In this document: one piece after another, positions 48,486-58,854 of the stretch
Position numbering within the stretch: the stretch's first letter is position 1
Layout of the letters: each line of letters opens with the position of its first letter
NCBI RefSeq assembly: GCF_018977255.1
Contig: NW_024704766.1
Coordinates: forward strand, 7,502,001-7,566,000
Reading direction: 5' to 3'
DNA from: Callorhinchus milii
Taxonomy: Eukaryota
DNA length: 64,000 nucleotides
The notes under the pieces: generated by a model
Told to the model about the DNA's origin: nothing
Databases searched by the model: none
What the model saw: only the letters and a program-made list of their open reading frames with translations
Position numbers and translations under genes: made by a program

Positions 48486-48648
48486 CGCAGACAAACAGCA
48501 CCGCACCCGCAAAGCACCTGCTGGGACCCCCCGCCCCCCGGCCCCCGGTTGGGACCCCCCCGCCCCCCGGTTGGGACCCACCGCCCCCCGGTTGGGACCC
48601 CCCGCCCCCCCCCCCCCGGTTGGGATGGGCAGCCCCGCATCTCGGCAT
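48486..48648 (-). CDS. SCN4B: Candidate SCN4B exon 1 (leader 1a), MPRCGAAHPNR-(Gly-rich repeat)-GPSRCFAGAVLFVC
   Basis: Lies between the SCN2B 3' end and SCN4B exon 3 and ends at phase 1. It resembles human MPGAGDGGKAPARWLGTGLLG. The donor reads G|GGAAGT rather than G|GTAAGT, ~40 nt from a gap. Confidence 0.5.
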
Positions 48649-49399
48649 GAAAACTCCCCGGGAATGTCGGATACAAAGGGTGGAGTGTTCCCTCTGTCCC
48701 AGGTGAGTGGGGAGTGGGGAGTGGGGGAGTGGGGAGTGGGGGAGTGAGTGGGTGTCAGAGTTAGAGGGTGAGGGAGTGTACAAGGGGAGTGTTTGAGGGG
48801 GGGAGTGAGGAATGAGGGAATGTGAGAGAGGAGGAGGAAGAGTGTCTGGGAGGGAGGGAGTGTGTAAAGCGGAGTGTTTGAGGGAGGGAGTGTGAGTGAG
48901 TGTGAATAAATGAGGGAGGGAGTGTCCCATTGTGCAGAGAAACAACAAGAAGATCACATTTGTGTAGTGTCTTTCACAGAAACAGACAAAGAGTTTAACT
49001 AAAGCTTCTAAAATTATTTTTTTTAATTAATTAAAGTTAGGATCTGACTGATTTAATTACTCCCTCTCCTCTCCCCCAGTATTTACACTCAGCCCCCACC
49101 CCCCACCCCCACCCCCCACACACACACAGATAATTCCCCTTACACCTTTGACAAGGACATTGAGAGCAGGACCAATGTCAACCTTGAGGATTTAACTCTT
49201 TCTTCTCCATCGCCCCCCACCCACCCCATCCACACTGCCGAGGTCAGGCATTACTGGGTTAAACACATCACTTGTGTTGTACAGAACCATCCACGCTCTA
49301 CTCCCGCTGCTCTCTGCCTGGGTGTGTATATAAAGTAAAGCTCCCCCAGGAGTGAGTTACAGGCTGGAGTCTAACCGTGGGGTTGGGGGGGTTATATAT

Positions 49400-49745
49400 A
49401 ACAATAATCCTGGCATTTGATACAGCGTCTTATCACGTCTTTGAGACGTCTCAAAAGCGCTTCACAGGATATACTGTAAAGTGAATTGACTGTATTTTGT
49501 GGGCCAAACGCGACAGCCAATTCCGCACAGCAGTGTCCCATGGATTGAGTGATCAAATTATTGTCATTACATTTTTGAAGGGATTATTACTCCCCGAAAG
49601 CGATCTGCCAATTGTCTAACAACCGGGTTCCTACTTATTGCTGGTAAACAGAGGTGTGTGTATGGAATAAGGAAACTTGGCACGGTTTCGCCCTGACCTG
49701 CCCGGGAATTGAACCGGGTCCTCTCGCTTGCAAGCCAAGAGCTAC
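49400..49745 (-). mobile_element. tRNA-derived SINE (a further tail copy at ~49985-50180, plus strand)
   Basis: Family body and B-box remnant GGGAATTGAACC. Confidence 0.8.
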
Positions 49746-50369
49746 CCATTACGCTATGGGATGCCACGTTTAGGGTAACACTACCCCCCCCCCCCCCCAG
49801 GCTATAGGCTGCAATCAAAGCAAGGGGATGTGTGTCCGGTGCTCAGTTGCTCTTTATTTGTGTTGATGTGATTTTAGCTTTTGTGGCACTTTAACGTTGG
49901 TTTAGATCATAAATAAATGAGATGCGAGACTCGGGTCAGAAGAGGACTGGTTACAGAGCTGCTCACAACAGCACTGAAGGATAAAGTAATTTGGTCTGTC
50001 AATCTACGACTGTTTGTGGAACACTGCTGTGCGCAATTGGCTGCTGCATTTTGCCCACAAAATACAGTCACTCCACTACAGAATACAGTGTATTTTGTGA
50101 AGTGCTTTGAGAATTCTCAATGACGTGATCAGGCGCTGTATCGAATGCTAGGATTATTCTTATACTATTATTATTATTTTGATGTCAGCCTGGCTCGGTC
50201 GCGCACACTCTTTTCTCGGAGGCTGAGGAGTGGTAGAGGGAGGGAAGGACTGTGAAAGACTGAGTAGAGGGAGAGATGATCTGGTTGGTGGCATTAGGCT
50301 GACTACTCCCCTTGCAAGTCAGCACGGTTGGCTGTTGACGGCTGGATGCCCTATTTGAGAAATGTCTGT

Positions 50370-50555
50370 GGACCGCATAAGCAATATTGATGTGGTTTCC
50401 TTTCTAGTAACATAACATTACGGGTTCTGGAGGGAGCGGGTGGGCCAGATGAAATGGAGGGATGAGGAGGGTGAGGGAGAGGAGGGAGAGGGGGTGGGTG
50501 GATGAAATTGGCCCAGGGGCCAGATGTGGCCTGCGGGTCGCCAGTTGCCACCCAT
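50370..50555. mobile_element. Possible hAT-type MITE remnant
   Basis: GGGGCCAGATGTGGCCTGCGGGTCGCCAGTTGCC resembles hAT non-autonomous subtermini. Confidence 0.35.
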
Positions 50556-50618
50556 TACCATTAGTAACCAAGTCAAACTCACGTTAGCAGTACACAACAA
50601 ACCTTTGCTTCAATCACA

Positions 50619-50629
50619 TTTATTTTATT
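50619..50629 (-). terminator. Candidate SCN2B polyadenylation signals (two overlapping AATAAA)
   Basis: Plus-strand TTTATTTTATT, followed on the minus strand by a GT-rich stretch (GGTTTGTTGTGT), ~1.7 kb after the putative last exon. Confidence 0.45.
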
Positions 50630-52359
50630 ATATAACCAACAATTCTGCATTTAACTTGACGGTTCCTTCATGTTAAACCCACTTATCAAACGAAGCCTCC
50701 TCCTCCTCCCCCAAAGGCAAAACCAAGGTGAAAAAAGTTATAAAAAGTTGATTTTTGTTTTTTTTACTTAAAGCTTCTTCTCGTTTTCTTCATTAAAATC
50801 TTTGATTCTTTACTTCTCTCAGTGTTCGGCGCTGACCTCTCAGAGACATGACCTGGGGAGTCACACCGAGGGAACTTGTCCTTATACAGGTAGGTGCTGT
50901 GTGCCCAGAGCTGGGCTCTGATTGGCTGCGTTTACACATACCTTCTGGGCTTGTGTGTGTTCCCTTCCCCTCCCCACTCCCCATTTCCCCCCCCAGCACA
51001 GTGTGGAGCTGATGCGAGCCAAGTGCGTGTTGGTTGGGCCTGAAGACGATCTATTGGTATTGAATTGAGTGCTGAGATATGTCTTCACAAAGTGGCTTTG
51101 GCTTAACCATTGTGAGGCAATGTGTGGAGGGTGGTTAGAAGGGGGGGGGTTTGCAGGAGGTGGAGTCAGATCCATATCTGTCATTAATCATCAGCAAGGT
51201 TGAACTTGGAAAGATGTGTTAATTATCACATCACAGGATGATATCTCTCTCCCCTCACCCACCCTCCCACTCAGAGTCTGTTGAGCTGTGAGGTGCAGGT
51301 CCTCCCTGACGTGGTGGTCCGGTCTCAATGTGAGTGCCCAAGGCTGGCAAGTGCGACCCACCCACCGCGGTGAGGTGAGGACGTGAGCTAATCCTCTCTG
51401 CCCTGGGACCCAGGCTCTCACCAATCCAACTCAGACACGGCGAGAAAGGACTTCGTTGTGGGCCAAACCACTTCTTGGCCGTGGGTCATTCTCAGTCCAG
51501 CTGCTAATCAATCAGGTCACATAGTCCACAGCACAAAACATTACCCACACAAATTGGCACAAATTGACAGTGACGTTAAAAGAGAAAAGCCTCTCGTTTG
51601 TGGGTGGTCCCTACAAGAACTTAGTCTGCAAGGTTCGTGTTCAGTTAAGACTCGAAGAGAATGGTCCCCACACTCAGGACCAGAGAGACACAACTTCCAA
51701 TCCAGTTGTTTACCCCTGCCCCCCAATTCTCCCCACTCACCCTCCCAATGGTCCCCCCCAACCCGTGTTGAGAATTCCATGGTGTGAGCTCTCAGGAAAA
51801 AAGGAGTGTGGATCTCGGGAGTCCCTAGGGAACACTGGCCTGTGATTGGAGATTGGAGAGAGAGAGAGAGACCCCCACACCTTCCGAGCAGATGGTCTGA
51901 GGCAATTGTTAGGACAAGAAACAAAACTTGACTTGCAGCAAATGCAATGACAACCACCATGCAGTGACCACTTCACAGTAATGACTGGGCTGCCACCACA
52001 CCCCTGACGAGCCAAAGCAAAGCATGCACTGCAGCATTCCTAATTATAATCAAATCAACTAATGACACTGGCCAGTGCAGTATGTACTGCGGGGGTGGGT
52101 GACAGTGACACACTGCGTGCGTGTGTGTGTGGGGGGGGTGGGGGAGCGTCGCATTTCTGATGGGATGCGGCGCGTAGGCAGGGAGGGAGCGACGAAAGGG
52201 AAAACTCAGAGCAATACAGCGTTCAGTGTCTGGAGCAAAGCAGAGCAGGTGGTGCAGGCAGAGTGAAGCTGAACTCGCAGGGAGATACACAGATCCGTAA
52301 CTTTGTGGCAGGAAACGGTTTAAACTTTTACGTTCTCAGTCGGTGGCTCATCCCGGGAG

Positions 52360-52369
52360 TCACTGCTGC
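52360..52369 (-). CDS. SCN2B: Probable extra terminal exon of SCN2B (coding part G CAG CAG TGA), followed by ~1.7 kb 3'UTR
   Basis: Strong acceptor TTTTTTCCCCCCCCTCTCCCTCTCTGCAG at 52370. It is phase-compatible with the AA|GTAAGG donor at 53064 that overlaps the exon-4 stop. Inference from splice signals only. Confidence 0.55.
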
Positions 52370-52484
52370 CTGCAGAGAGGGAGAGGGGGGGGAAAAAATG
52401 AAAAAGAATCCTAAACATTAACCTCTATCTCAAAATAGGCAGAAATTAGTAACACTGTCAAAAAGGGCACGTGATCTGAAATTA

Positions 52485-52855
52485 TAGTAATAATAATCCG
52501 TGCATTTGATACAGCACCTTATCATATCGTTGAGACGTCACAAAGATTGTCACAGGATATATTGTAAAGTGTAGTGACTCTGTATTTTGTGGGTAAAACG
52601 TGGCAGCCAAATTCACACAGCAAACGTCCCACAAATAGTCATGGATTGAGTAAACACTTTTTTTTATTTCGAAGGGATTATTACCCCCGGAAAGCGATCC
52701 ACCAATCGACTAAACAACCAGGTTCCTACTTACTGCAAGATAAACAGAGGCGTGTGGAGTAGGGAAAGTTGCCCAAGGTTTCACCCTGACCCTGGAATCG
52801 AACCCAGGTCTCTCGCTTGCGAGGCGAGCACTCTAACCACTAAACTACAGAGCTC
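52485..52855 (-). mobile_element. tRNA-derived SINE, full length, in the putative SCN2B intron 4
   Basis: Head GAATCGAACCCAGG..CTCTAACCACTAAACTACAG plus complete body. Confidence 0.87.
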
Positions 52856-53060
52856 CTGTACTAAAGTTCAAAGCTGAATTACTCAGTTACTATGCTGCGG
52901 GAAACAGATCATGTGCCTCGAAGACATTAATTAATACTTAATTGTGATAAAATACTATTTTACCGGAGAGTTTGTGTACAGGTCGGGATTGGGGTTAGTG
53001 TATGGAAGGTAAGATGCGGATTGTGCTGGGCTGTGGAACAGACCTGGGCTGGAGGGAACC

Positions 53061-53260
53061 TTACTTCGTGCCTTCCTCCTCGTTCTCTTCACCCTCGGTC
53101 TTCCCTTCTTCTTCCATCTTCTGGTCTTCAGACTGAAGATCCTGCTTCTTTTTCCTCCTCACGCACTTGACAGCCACTAACGTCAGGCTCAGGGCCGCAA
53201 TGGAGCCTCCGATGGAAGAGCCCACAATCACGGCCACAGTGGAGTCACGTTTCGGTGGCT
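53061..53260 (-). CDS. SCN2B: Sodium channel beta-2 subunit, exon 4 (transmembrane helix and cytoplasmic tail)
   Basis: cag|AG CCA CCG AAA CGT GAC ... ACG AAG TAA; 200 nt. Encodes EPPKRDSTVAVIVGSSIGGSIAALSLTLVAVKCVRRKKKQDLQSEDQKMEEEGKTEGEENEEEGTK*, matching human EPPERDSTVAVIVGAS...VKCVRRKK. Confidence 0.94.
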
Positions 53261-53828
53261 CTGAGGTGGGAAATTATTATTAATGATAATAATCATCATA
53301 ATTATTATAATAATAATCCTTGTCTGATATAGTGCCTTATCACTTAATTATAATAATAATCTTTTCAAGAAGAAATTAGATGGATTTCTGTTAGAAAATA
53401 ATATCTGGGGAGACAGTATACAGTTTGGGACACGACATGTCAAACGACTGGGATGGTGGAAGGTGAACTCGATGGATCTTGGTCTTTCGCCAGCAATTTC
53501 TTATGTTCTTATTGGATGCAGTGGCATATCATATCGTTGAGACGTCTCAAAGCGCTTCACAGAATGTACTGTAAAGTGTAGTGACTGTTTTTGTGGGCGA
53601 AACATGGCAGTCAATTGCGCACAGCAGTGAGTGTCCCACAAACAGTCGTGGGTGGAGTGACCGAATGTTTTGGAGAGATTGTTACCCATGGAAAGTGATC
53701 CGACTATCGACGAGCGAACTAACCACTACACTGAGCACTGTTAATTGTAAAGGCTAGTTTAGCAGGTGTGGCTGTTGCCGTTGGTGGGCCGTGTGCGTGT
53801 GTGCGCACGCGGGTGTGTGTGTGTGTAC

Positions 53829-54039
53829 CTTCTGTGACCACGCTAAGGTAGATGGTGCCCAGGCCTTTGTGCCTGTCAGGGGGGTTCAGCACGTGGCAGT
53901 TGTAATAACCCTCATCGCTGAGCTGTAGCTCGTGGATGGTGACGGAGGCGTCGTTCTTGTTGGGGTTCCCTGACCACTCCACCCGGTCCCAGAACTGCTC
54001 CGTCTTCAGGATAATGATCTTACGCCTGTACAGGGCAAA
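53829..54039 (-). CDS. SCN2B: Sodium channel beta-2 subunit, exon 3 (second half of the Ig domain)
   Basis: cag|TTT GCC ... ACA GAA G|gtacac; 211 nt, phase 0 to 1. Encodes FALYRRKIIILKTEQFWDRVEWSGNPNKNDASVTIHELQLSDEGYYNCHVLNPPDRHKGLGTIYLSVVTE, matching DRVEFSGNP...DEGIYNCY..NPPDRH. Confidence 0.96.
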
Positions 54040-54505
54040 CTGCAGGCCACAGGGGAGCGAAAGGCAGATCTTAATAATAATACGCCTTGTGTTTGATATA
54101 ACTCCGTATGATATCTTCGAGATGTCTCAAAACACTTCATAGGATACACTGTAAAGTGCGGTGACTTCCCTACACACACTGGGCTGGGCTCACACACACG
54201 CACCATGCACTGAGCTGGACTGACATACACACACACTGAGCTGGGCTCACACACGCACACACACACACACAGAGCTAGGATGATACACACNNNNNNNNNN
54301 NNNNNNNNNNNNNNNNNNNNNNNNNNNNNNNNNNNNNNNNNNNNNNNNNNNNNNNNNNNNNNNNNNNNNNNNNNNNNNNNNNNNNNNNNNNNNNNNNNNN
54401 NNNNNNNNNNNNNNNNNNNNNNNNNNNNNNNNNNNNNNNNNNNNNNNNNNNNNNNNNNNNNNNNNNNNNNACACTCACCACAAGCTGAGATGAAGGGTAA
54501 CTTAC

Positions 54506-54672
54506 CAGCTCCTCTGTGCAGTTGCTGCACTCCTGGTAAGTCCAGTTTAAGGTGAACTGCTTGTTGTCCACCTTATAACAGGAGTTGAAGGTGCAGCTCA
54601 GTTTGACCGAGGTGCCATTCAGCCTGATGATGGTGGCCGGCACAGTGACCTCCATACTGAAGCAGAGGTTCA
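54506..54672 (-). CDS. SCN2B: Sodium channel beta-2 subunit, exon 2 (end of signal peptide and first half of the Ig V-set domain)
   Basis: cag|TG AAC CTC ... GAG CTG|gtaagt; 167 nt, phase 1 to 0. Encodes NLCFSMEVTVPATIIRLNGTSVKLSCTFNSCYKVDNKQFTLNWTYQECSNCTEEL, matching human MEVTVP...CTFNSCY...NWTYQECNNCSEEM including all cysteines and N-glycosylation sequons. Confidence 0.96.
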
Positions 54673-55614
54673 CTGGGGAGACACGGAGGGGAGAGAGGGG
54701 AGATTTCACCAAGAGAACAACTCTCTCTCCTAACTCTAATATCCTTCCCCATCTTCAAAGACTTTCCTCTTTGTCCGTGCCTTTGGTCACCTCCACCCGC
54801 CCCCAGGCTACCCTGCGCGAGCGTGGATTTCAGTCATGTGGAGTGACTGTGTTTGTAATAATAATAATAATTCCTGCATTTGACACAACGCTTCATCATG
54901 TCGTCAAGACGTCTCAAAGCGCTTCACAGGATACACTGTAAAGTGAATTGACTGTTGTGTTTTGTGGACCAAAAGCGGCAGCCAATTGCACACAGGGCAG
55001 TTTGCACACCCACAGCAACAACCTACAAACAGCCCATGGCGTTTATCTGGTGGGGGGGAGGGAGTTTGCCGGCCAGAACACTGGGGGTGGGGGAGAGAAA
55101 CTACCTTCTCTTTTCCGACAATCCTGTGGGATCTTTAACATCCACCTGAAAAGGGCACAGACGGGATTTTGGTTTAATGTCTCATCCCAAGGACAGCACC
55201 TCTGACAATGCAATACCACCCATCACCCCCCCCCCCCCCCCAGCTCTGTGTTGGAGGTTGAGGCCAGACTGTCAGCTCAAGCCCCAATGTGGGGTTGGAG
55301 CCCACAACCCTCTGCCTCAGAGCGCGACTGATTGCCAAGAGATGGAACGTGAAGCATTTGTGAGCGAAGCATTGATCAATGTTTAATCGCTGGACAATCA
55401 GATTGAACTACAGCCAGAGCTGGGATGGGCGGACGGGGAGGGGGGGGTCTGGAAGGATGAGACAAAATGGTACAACAACAAATTCCGAAGGGCGTTTTTC
55501 ACCCAAACCCGTTGTGTGACCTTGGAATCACTGCCATCAAGTGAGTCTGTTTCTGTCAGAAGATCTCGATCCCACGGGTCCTGAGGGGAAAATCTCACTG
55601 TTAATTAAGGGGGG

Positions 55615-55875
55615 GCTGTATGGGGGTGGGCTGTGTGAGTGGGCTGTGTGTGTATGTGTGTGTGGGGGCGGTGGTATGTGTGTGGGGTGGGCTGTGTATG
55701 TGGGAGGGGGCGTGTGGTGTGGGGGTGCTGTGTGGGTCTGTTTGTATGGGGGGGTGCTGTATGTGTTTGTGTGGGGGGAGGGTGGGCTTTGTGTGTGGGG
55801 GGGGGCTGTGTGGGGTGGGGGGATTGGCTTTGTGTGTGGGGGGTGCTGCGTGTGTCTGTGTGGGGGGTGCTCGGG
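55615..55875. repeat. GT/G-rich low-complexity tract
   Basis: Visible. Confidence 0.9.
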
Positions 55876-56429
55876 GCAGGTTGACTTGCATGGTGCTGCG
55901 CTGTGAGATTCCTCAAAAAAATCAATGTATTTCTGAGCTGAGCATCAATCAGAGTGAGGAGCCCCAGCACTGAATAACCCAACACCAGGTCTGCCCAAGG
56001 GGCACAGCACACTCCAGTCACTGTTACATTAACTACTGCCTGCCCTCCCCAACTGGGTTGTCCTCCCGACGTGAAAGGCGCTATACAAATGTAATTTTGT
56101 TGTTGTTGTTGTTGCCCTGCCCTGCCCTGCCCTGCCTTCCTACCTTGCCCTGTCTGTCTGTCAGAACTTCTGACAAAGGTTGGAATGAGCTACACAGCCA
56201 TGATCTAATAGAATGGCAGAACAGGCTCAAAGGGCTGAATGACCTTCCCTTGTTCCTATGTTCCCTGTTAACTGGCAACACCTCAACCCCTCGAGCATTG
56301 GGACCAAGTCTCGTGCCTTGTCCCCCGTGAGATGGCGAGCACCGCGGACAGGACATGCGAGGTGTCTTGTGGTGGTGAAGAGGTTCGGTACGATTAGCGC
56401 CGGTTACCGGGAGGAGTGGCGGCTCTCAC

Positions 56430-56484
56430 CAGCCCCGACCTGGAGCCAGAGCGAGCGCTGAGTACAAGCAGAGTCACTGATCAT
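56430..56484 (-). CDS. SCN2B: Candidate SCN2B exon 1 (leader MISDSACTQRSLWLQVGA)
   Basis: ACC ATG ... GCT G|gtgaga; 55 nt with the required phase-1 donor, in a CpG-rich patch next to a perfect CRE. The hydrophobic core is weak and I cannot confirm homology. Confidence 0.33.
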
Positions 56485-56491
56485 GGTCAAG

Positions 56492-56499
56492 TGACGTCA
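56492..56499. promoter_or_regulatory. Perfect CRE (TGACGTCA) upstream of SCN2B exon 2
   Basis: Exact palindromic CREB/ATF consensus in a CpG-rich patch; a single 8-mer can occur by chance. Confidence 0.3.
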
Positions 56500-57000
56500 A
56501 ATTAAGGTCCAAGCCTTCCCTCCGCCCTCCCAGTCTCTGGCCATCACAGACCCTCCGAATGGGCCAATCTGTTTGTTTTTTACAGAATGCCCTGAACGCT
56601 GAATTATTTCAGGTACCGTCACAGCGACTCCTGGCAGGTGGAGTGACTGGGGGTCTGTAGATACAAGAGGTCACTACACAGGCGGGAGGAGGATTAGGGG
56701 CCAGGAAACCAGGAGGAACTCCCGTCTCCTTTCCAATCGTCGCGTGGGGATCTTTGAACATCTGCTTGAAGTGGTGCATTCAGACAGACGATGGTTTAAA
56801 CATCTCGTCCCAAGGATGCGCTGGAGGATCGGTGTATCATGTGAGTGCCTCGCTCACCACAACTCGCTCACTCGCACCCCCACTCCCTTGCACATCTGCT
56901 CGCTCGCACACTCTTTTGAGTCCCGGAATGTAACGCTCAGCGAGAGGACCCGGATTTCATTCCGAATATTTAGGCAAGTTTCCTTACTCCACACACGCTC

Positions 57001-57321
57001 GGAGTCCTGTAGCTCAGTGGTTAGAGCACTCGCTTTGCAAGTGAGAGACCTGAGTTCAATTCCAGGCAGAGGGTGAAACTTTGGGCAAGTTTCCTTACTC
57101 CACACAGAGCCTAATAATAATCCCTCCAAAACCAAAAACAATAATAAATTGGTCATTTTCAATCTACGACTGTTTGTGGGACATTGCTGTGCGCAATCGG
57201 CTGCCGCGTTCGCCCACAAATATAAAGTCAATTCACTTTACAGTGTGTTCTGTGAAGGGCTTTGGGACGTCCTCCCGACGTGAACAGCGCTATATCAAAT
57301 GCAAAGATTATTATTATTATT
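57001..57321 (+). mobile_element. Young tRNA-derived SINE, full length (further partial copies 57320-57840)
   Basis: Intact A and B boxes; nearly identical to 58433-58752. Confidence 0.9.
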
Positions 57322-58299
57322 CTGTTTACCCGGCTGTAAGTGGAAACCGGTTGTTAGTCGATTGATGGGTCGCTTTTCGAGGGTAATAATCTCTTAAGAA
57401 AAATAAATTTGGTGATTCAATCCACGACTGTTTGTGGGGACGTTGCTGTGCGCAATTGGCTGCCGCGTTTCGCCCTCAAGATACAGTCACTATACTTTAC
57501 ACTATATTCCGTGAAGCGCTTTGAGATGTCTCGGAGACGTGATGAGGCGCTGCATCAAATGCTCAGATTATTATTATTATGTGGCCTGACAACCTCAGGC
57601 TCTCACCCTCCCTGTCGCTCTACAGTCCATCTCTCTCGCTGCGTCCCCATTTGCGTACAGCAGCATACAAAGTGAGTCACCAAATTTCTTTTTCTTAAGG
57701 GATAATTACTCCTGGAAAGCGATCCGCCAATCGATTAACAACCGGGTTTCCACTTACAGTCGGGTAAACACAGGTGTGTGTGTGAAGTAAGGAAACTTGC
57801 CTAAATGTTTGGAATCAAACCCACGTCCTCTCGCTTGCCAGGTAGGCCCAGGTAGGTGACGGTGGGGTCAGGGAGTGAAGGGGTTAACTGCTTCTGGGCT
57901 GACTGCAGTGAATGTTCCATTGATGAGCAGTATCCGCGGCCGCCGGTCACACTAATGTATTCACTCCGCGCTGACAGTGTGTCCGTGTAGGTATCGCGTC
58001 ACTGTGTCTAGTTGCATGTGTGCAGGAGCATGTGTGTTTTACTGTGCGCATGCGTGTAGGTGATGTGTGCGCGTGTGTAGTTGCCTGTGTGCAGGAGCAT
58101 GTGTATGATGGGGTACATTATCCACGTTTACATGTACATTTTGACACACGGCTGCATATGTGTGTCTCTGGATAAACGTCGGTGTGTACGTGTGTGGATA
58201 CATGTCTGTGCATTTGCACTAGTCAGCGTGTCCTGCACTGACTCGGCTCATGTTAACTCTCTCCCCGAGTCCCTGGCGCAGGATTGAGCCGTTTTGGAG

Positions 58300-58309
58300 C
58301 TAAAAATAG
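58300..58309. promoter_or_regulatory. MEF2 consensus site CTAAAAATAG
   Basis: Exact YTAWWWWTAR match in unique sequence upstream of SCN2B exon 2. Confidence 0.3.
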
Positions 58310-58432
58310 TTTCAATGTTATTATCGTATCCACAACTGCAGTTGGAGGCGGACAGAGCAGAGGAGGGTTTCTGTGCAGGAGCTGGGGGTAGGGGGAGAGC
58401 GAGCGGCCCCTTTCCCCCTCTCCTCCCTCGTG

Positions 58433-58752
58433 GAGTCCTGTAGCTCAGTGGTTAGAGCACTCGCTTTGCAAGTGAGAGACCTGAGTTCAATTCCAGGCAG
58501 AGGGCGAAACCTTGGGCAAGTTTCCTTACTCCACACAGAGCCTAATAATAATCCCTCCAAAACCAAAAACAATAATAAATTGGTCATTTTCAATCCACGA
58601 CTGTTTGTGGGACATTGCTGTGCGCAATTGGCTGCCGCGTTCGCCCACAAATATACAGTCAATTCACTTTACAGTTGTTCTGTGAAGTGCTTTGGGACGT
58701 CCTCCCGACGTGAAAAGCGCTATATCAAATGCAGGATTATTATTATTATTAT
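58433..58752 (+). mobile_element. Young tRNA-derived SINE, full length
   Basis: Intact A box TAGCTCAGTGG and B box GAGTTCAATTCC; tail TTTGGGACGTCCTCCCGACGTGAAAAGCGCTATAT. Confidence 0.9.
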
Positions 58753-58854
58753 GCCGCCCCCCCCCCCCCGCCATGCTCCCCTCCCCCGTACCGTAAATCA
58801 GCTGCAACAGAAGCTCAGTATGATGTGAAAGTGATGAGTGTGACCGGAAGGTAG

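Noticed and set aside
57001-57075. tRNA-like heads (also 607, 25862, 58433 and minus-strand copies) as tRNA genes
   Set aside because: They run straight into the SINE body and LINE-like tail and lack a proper acceptor stem; they are SINE promoters.
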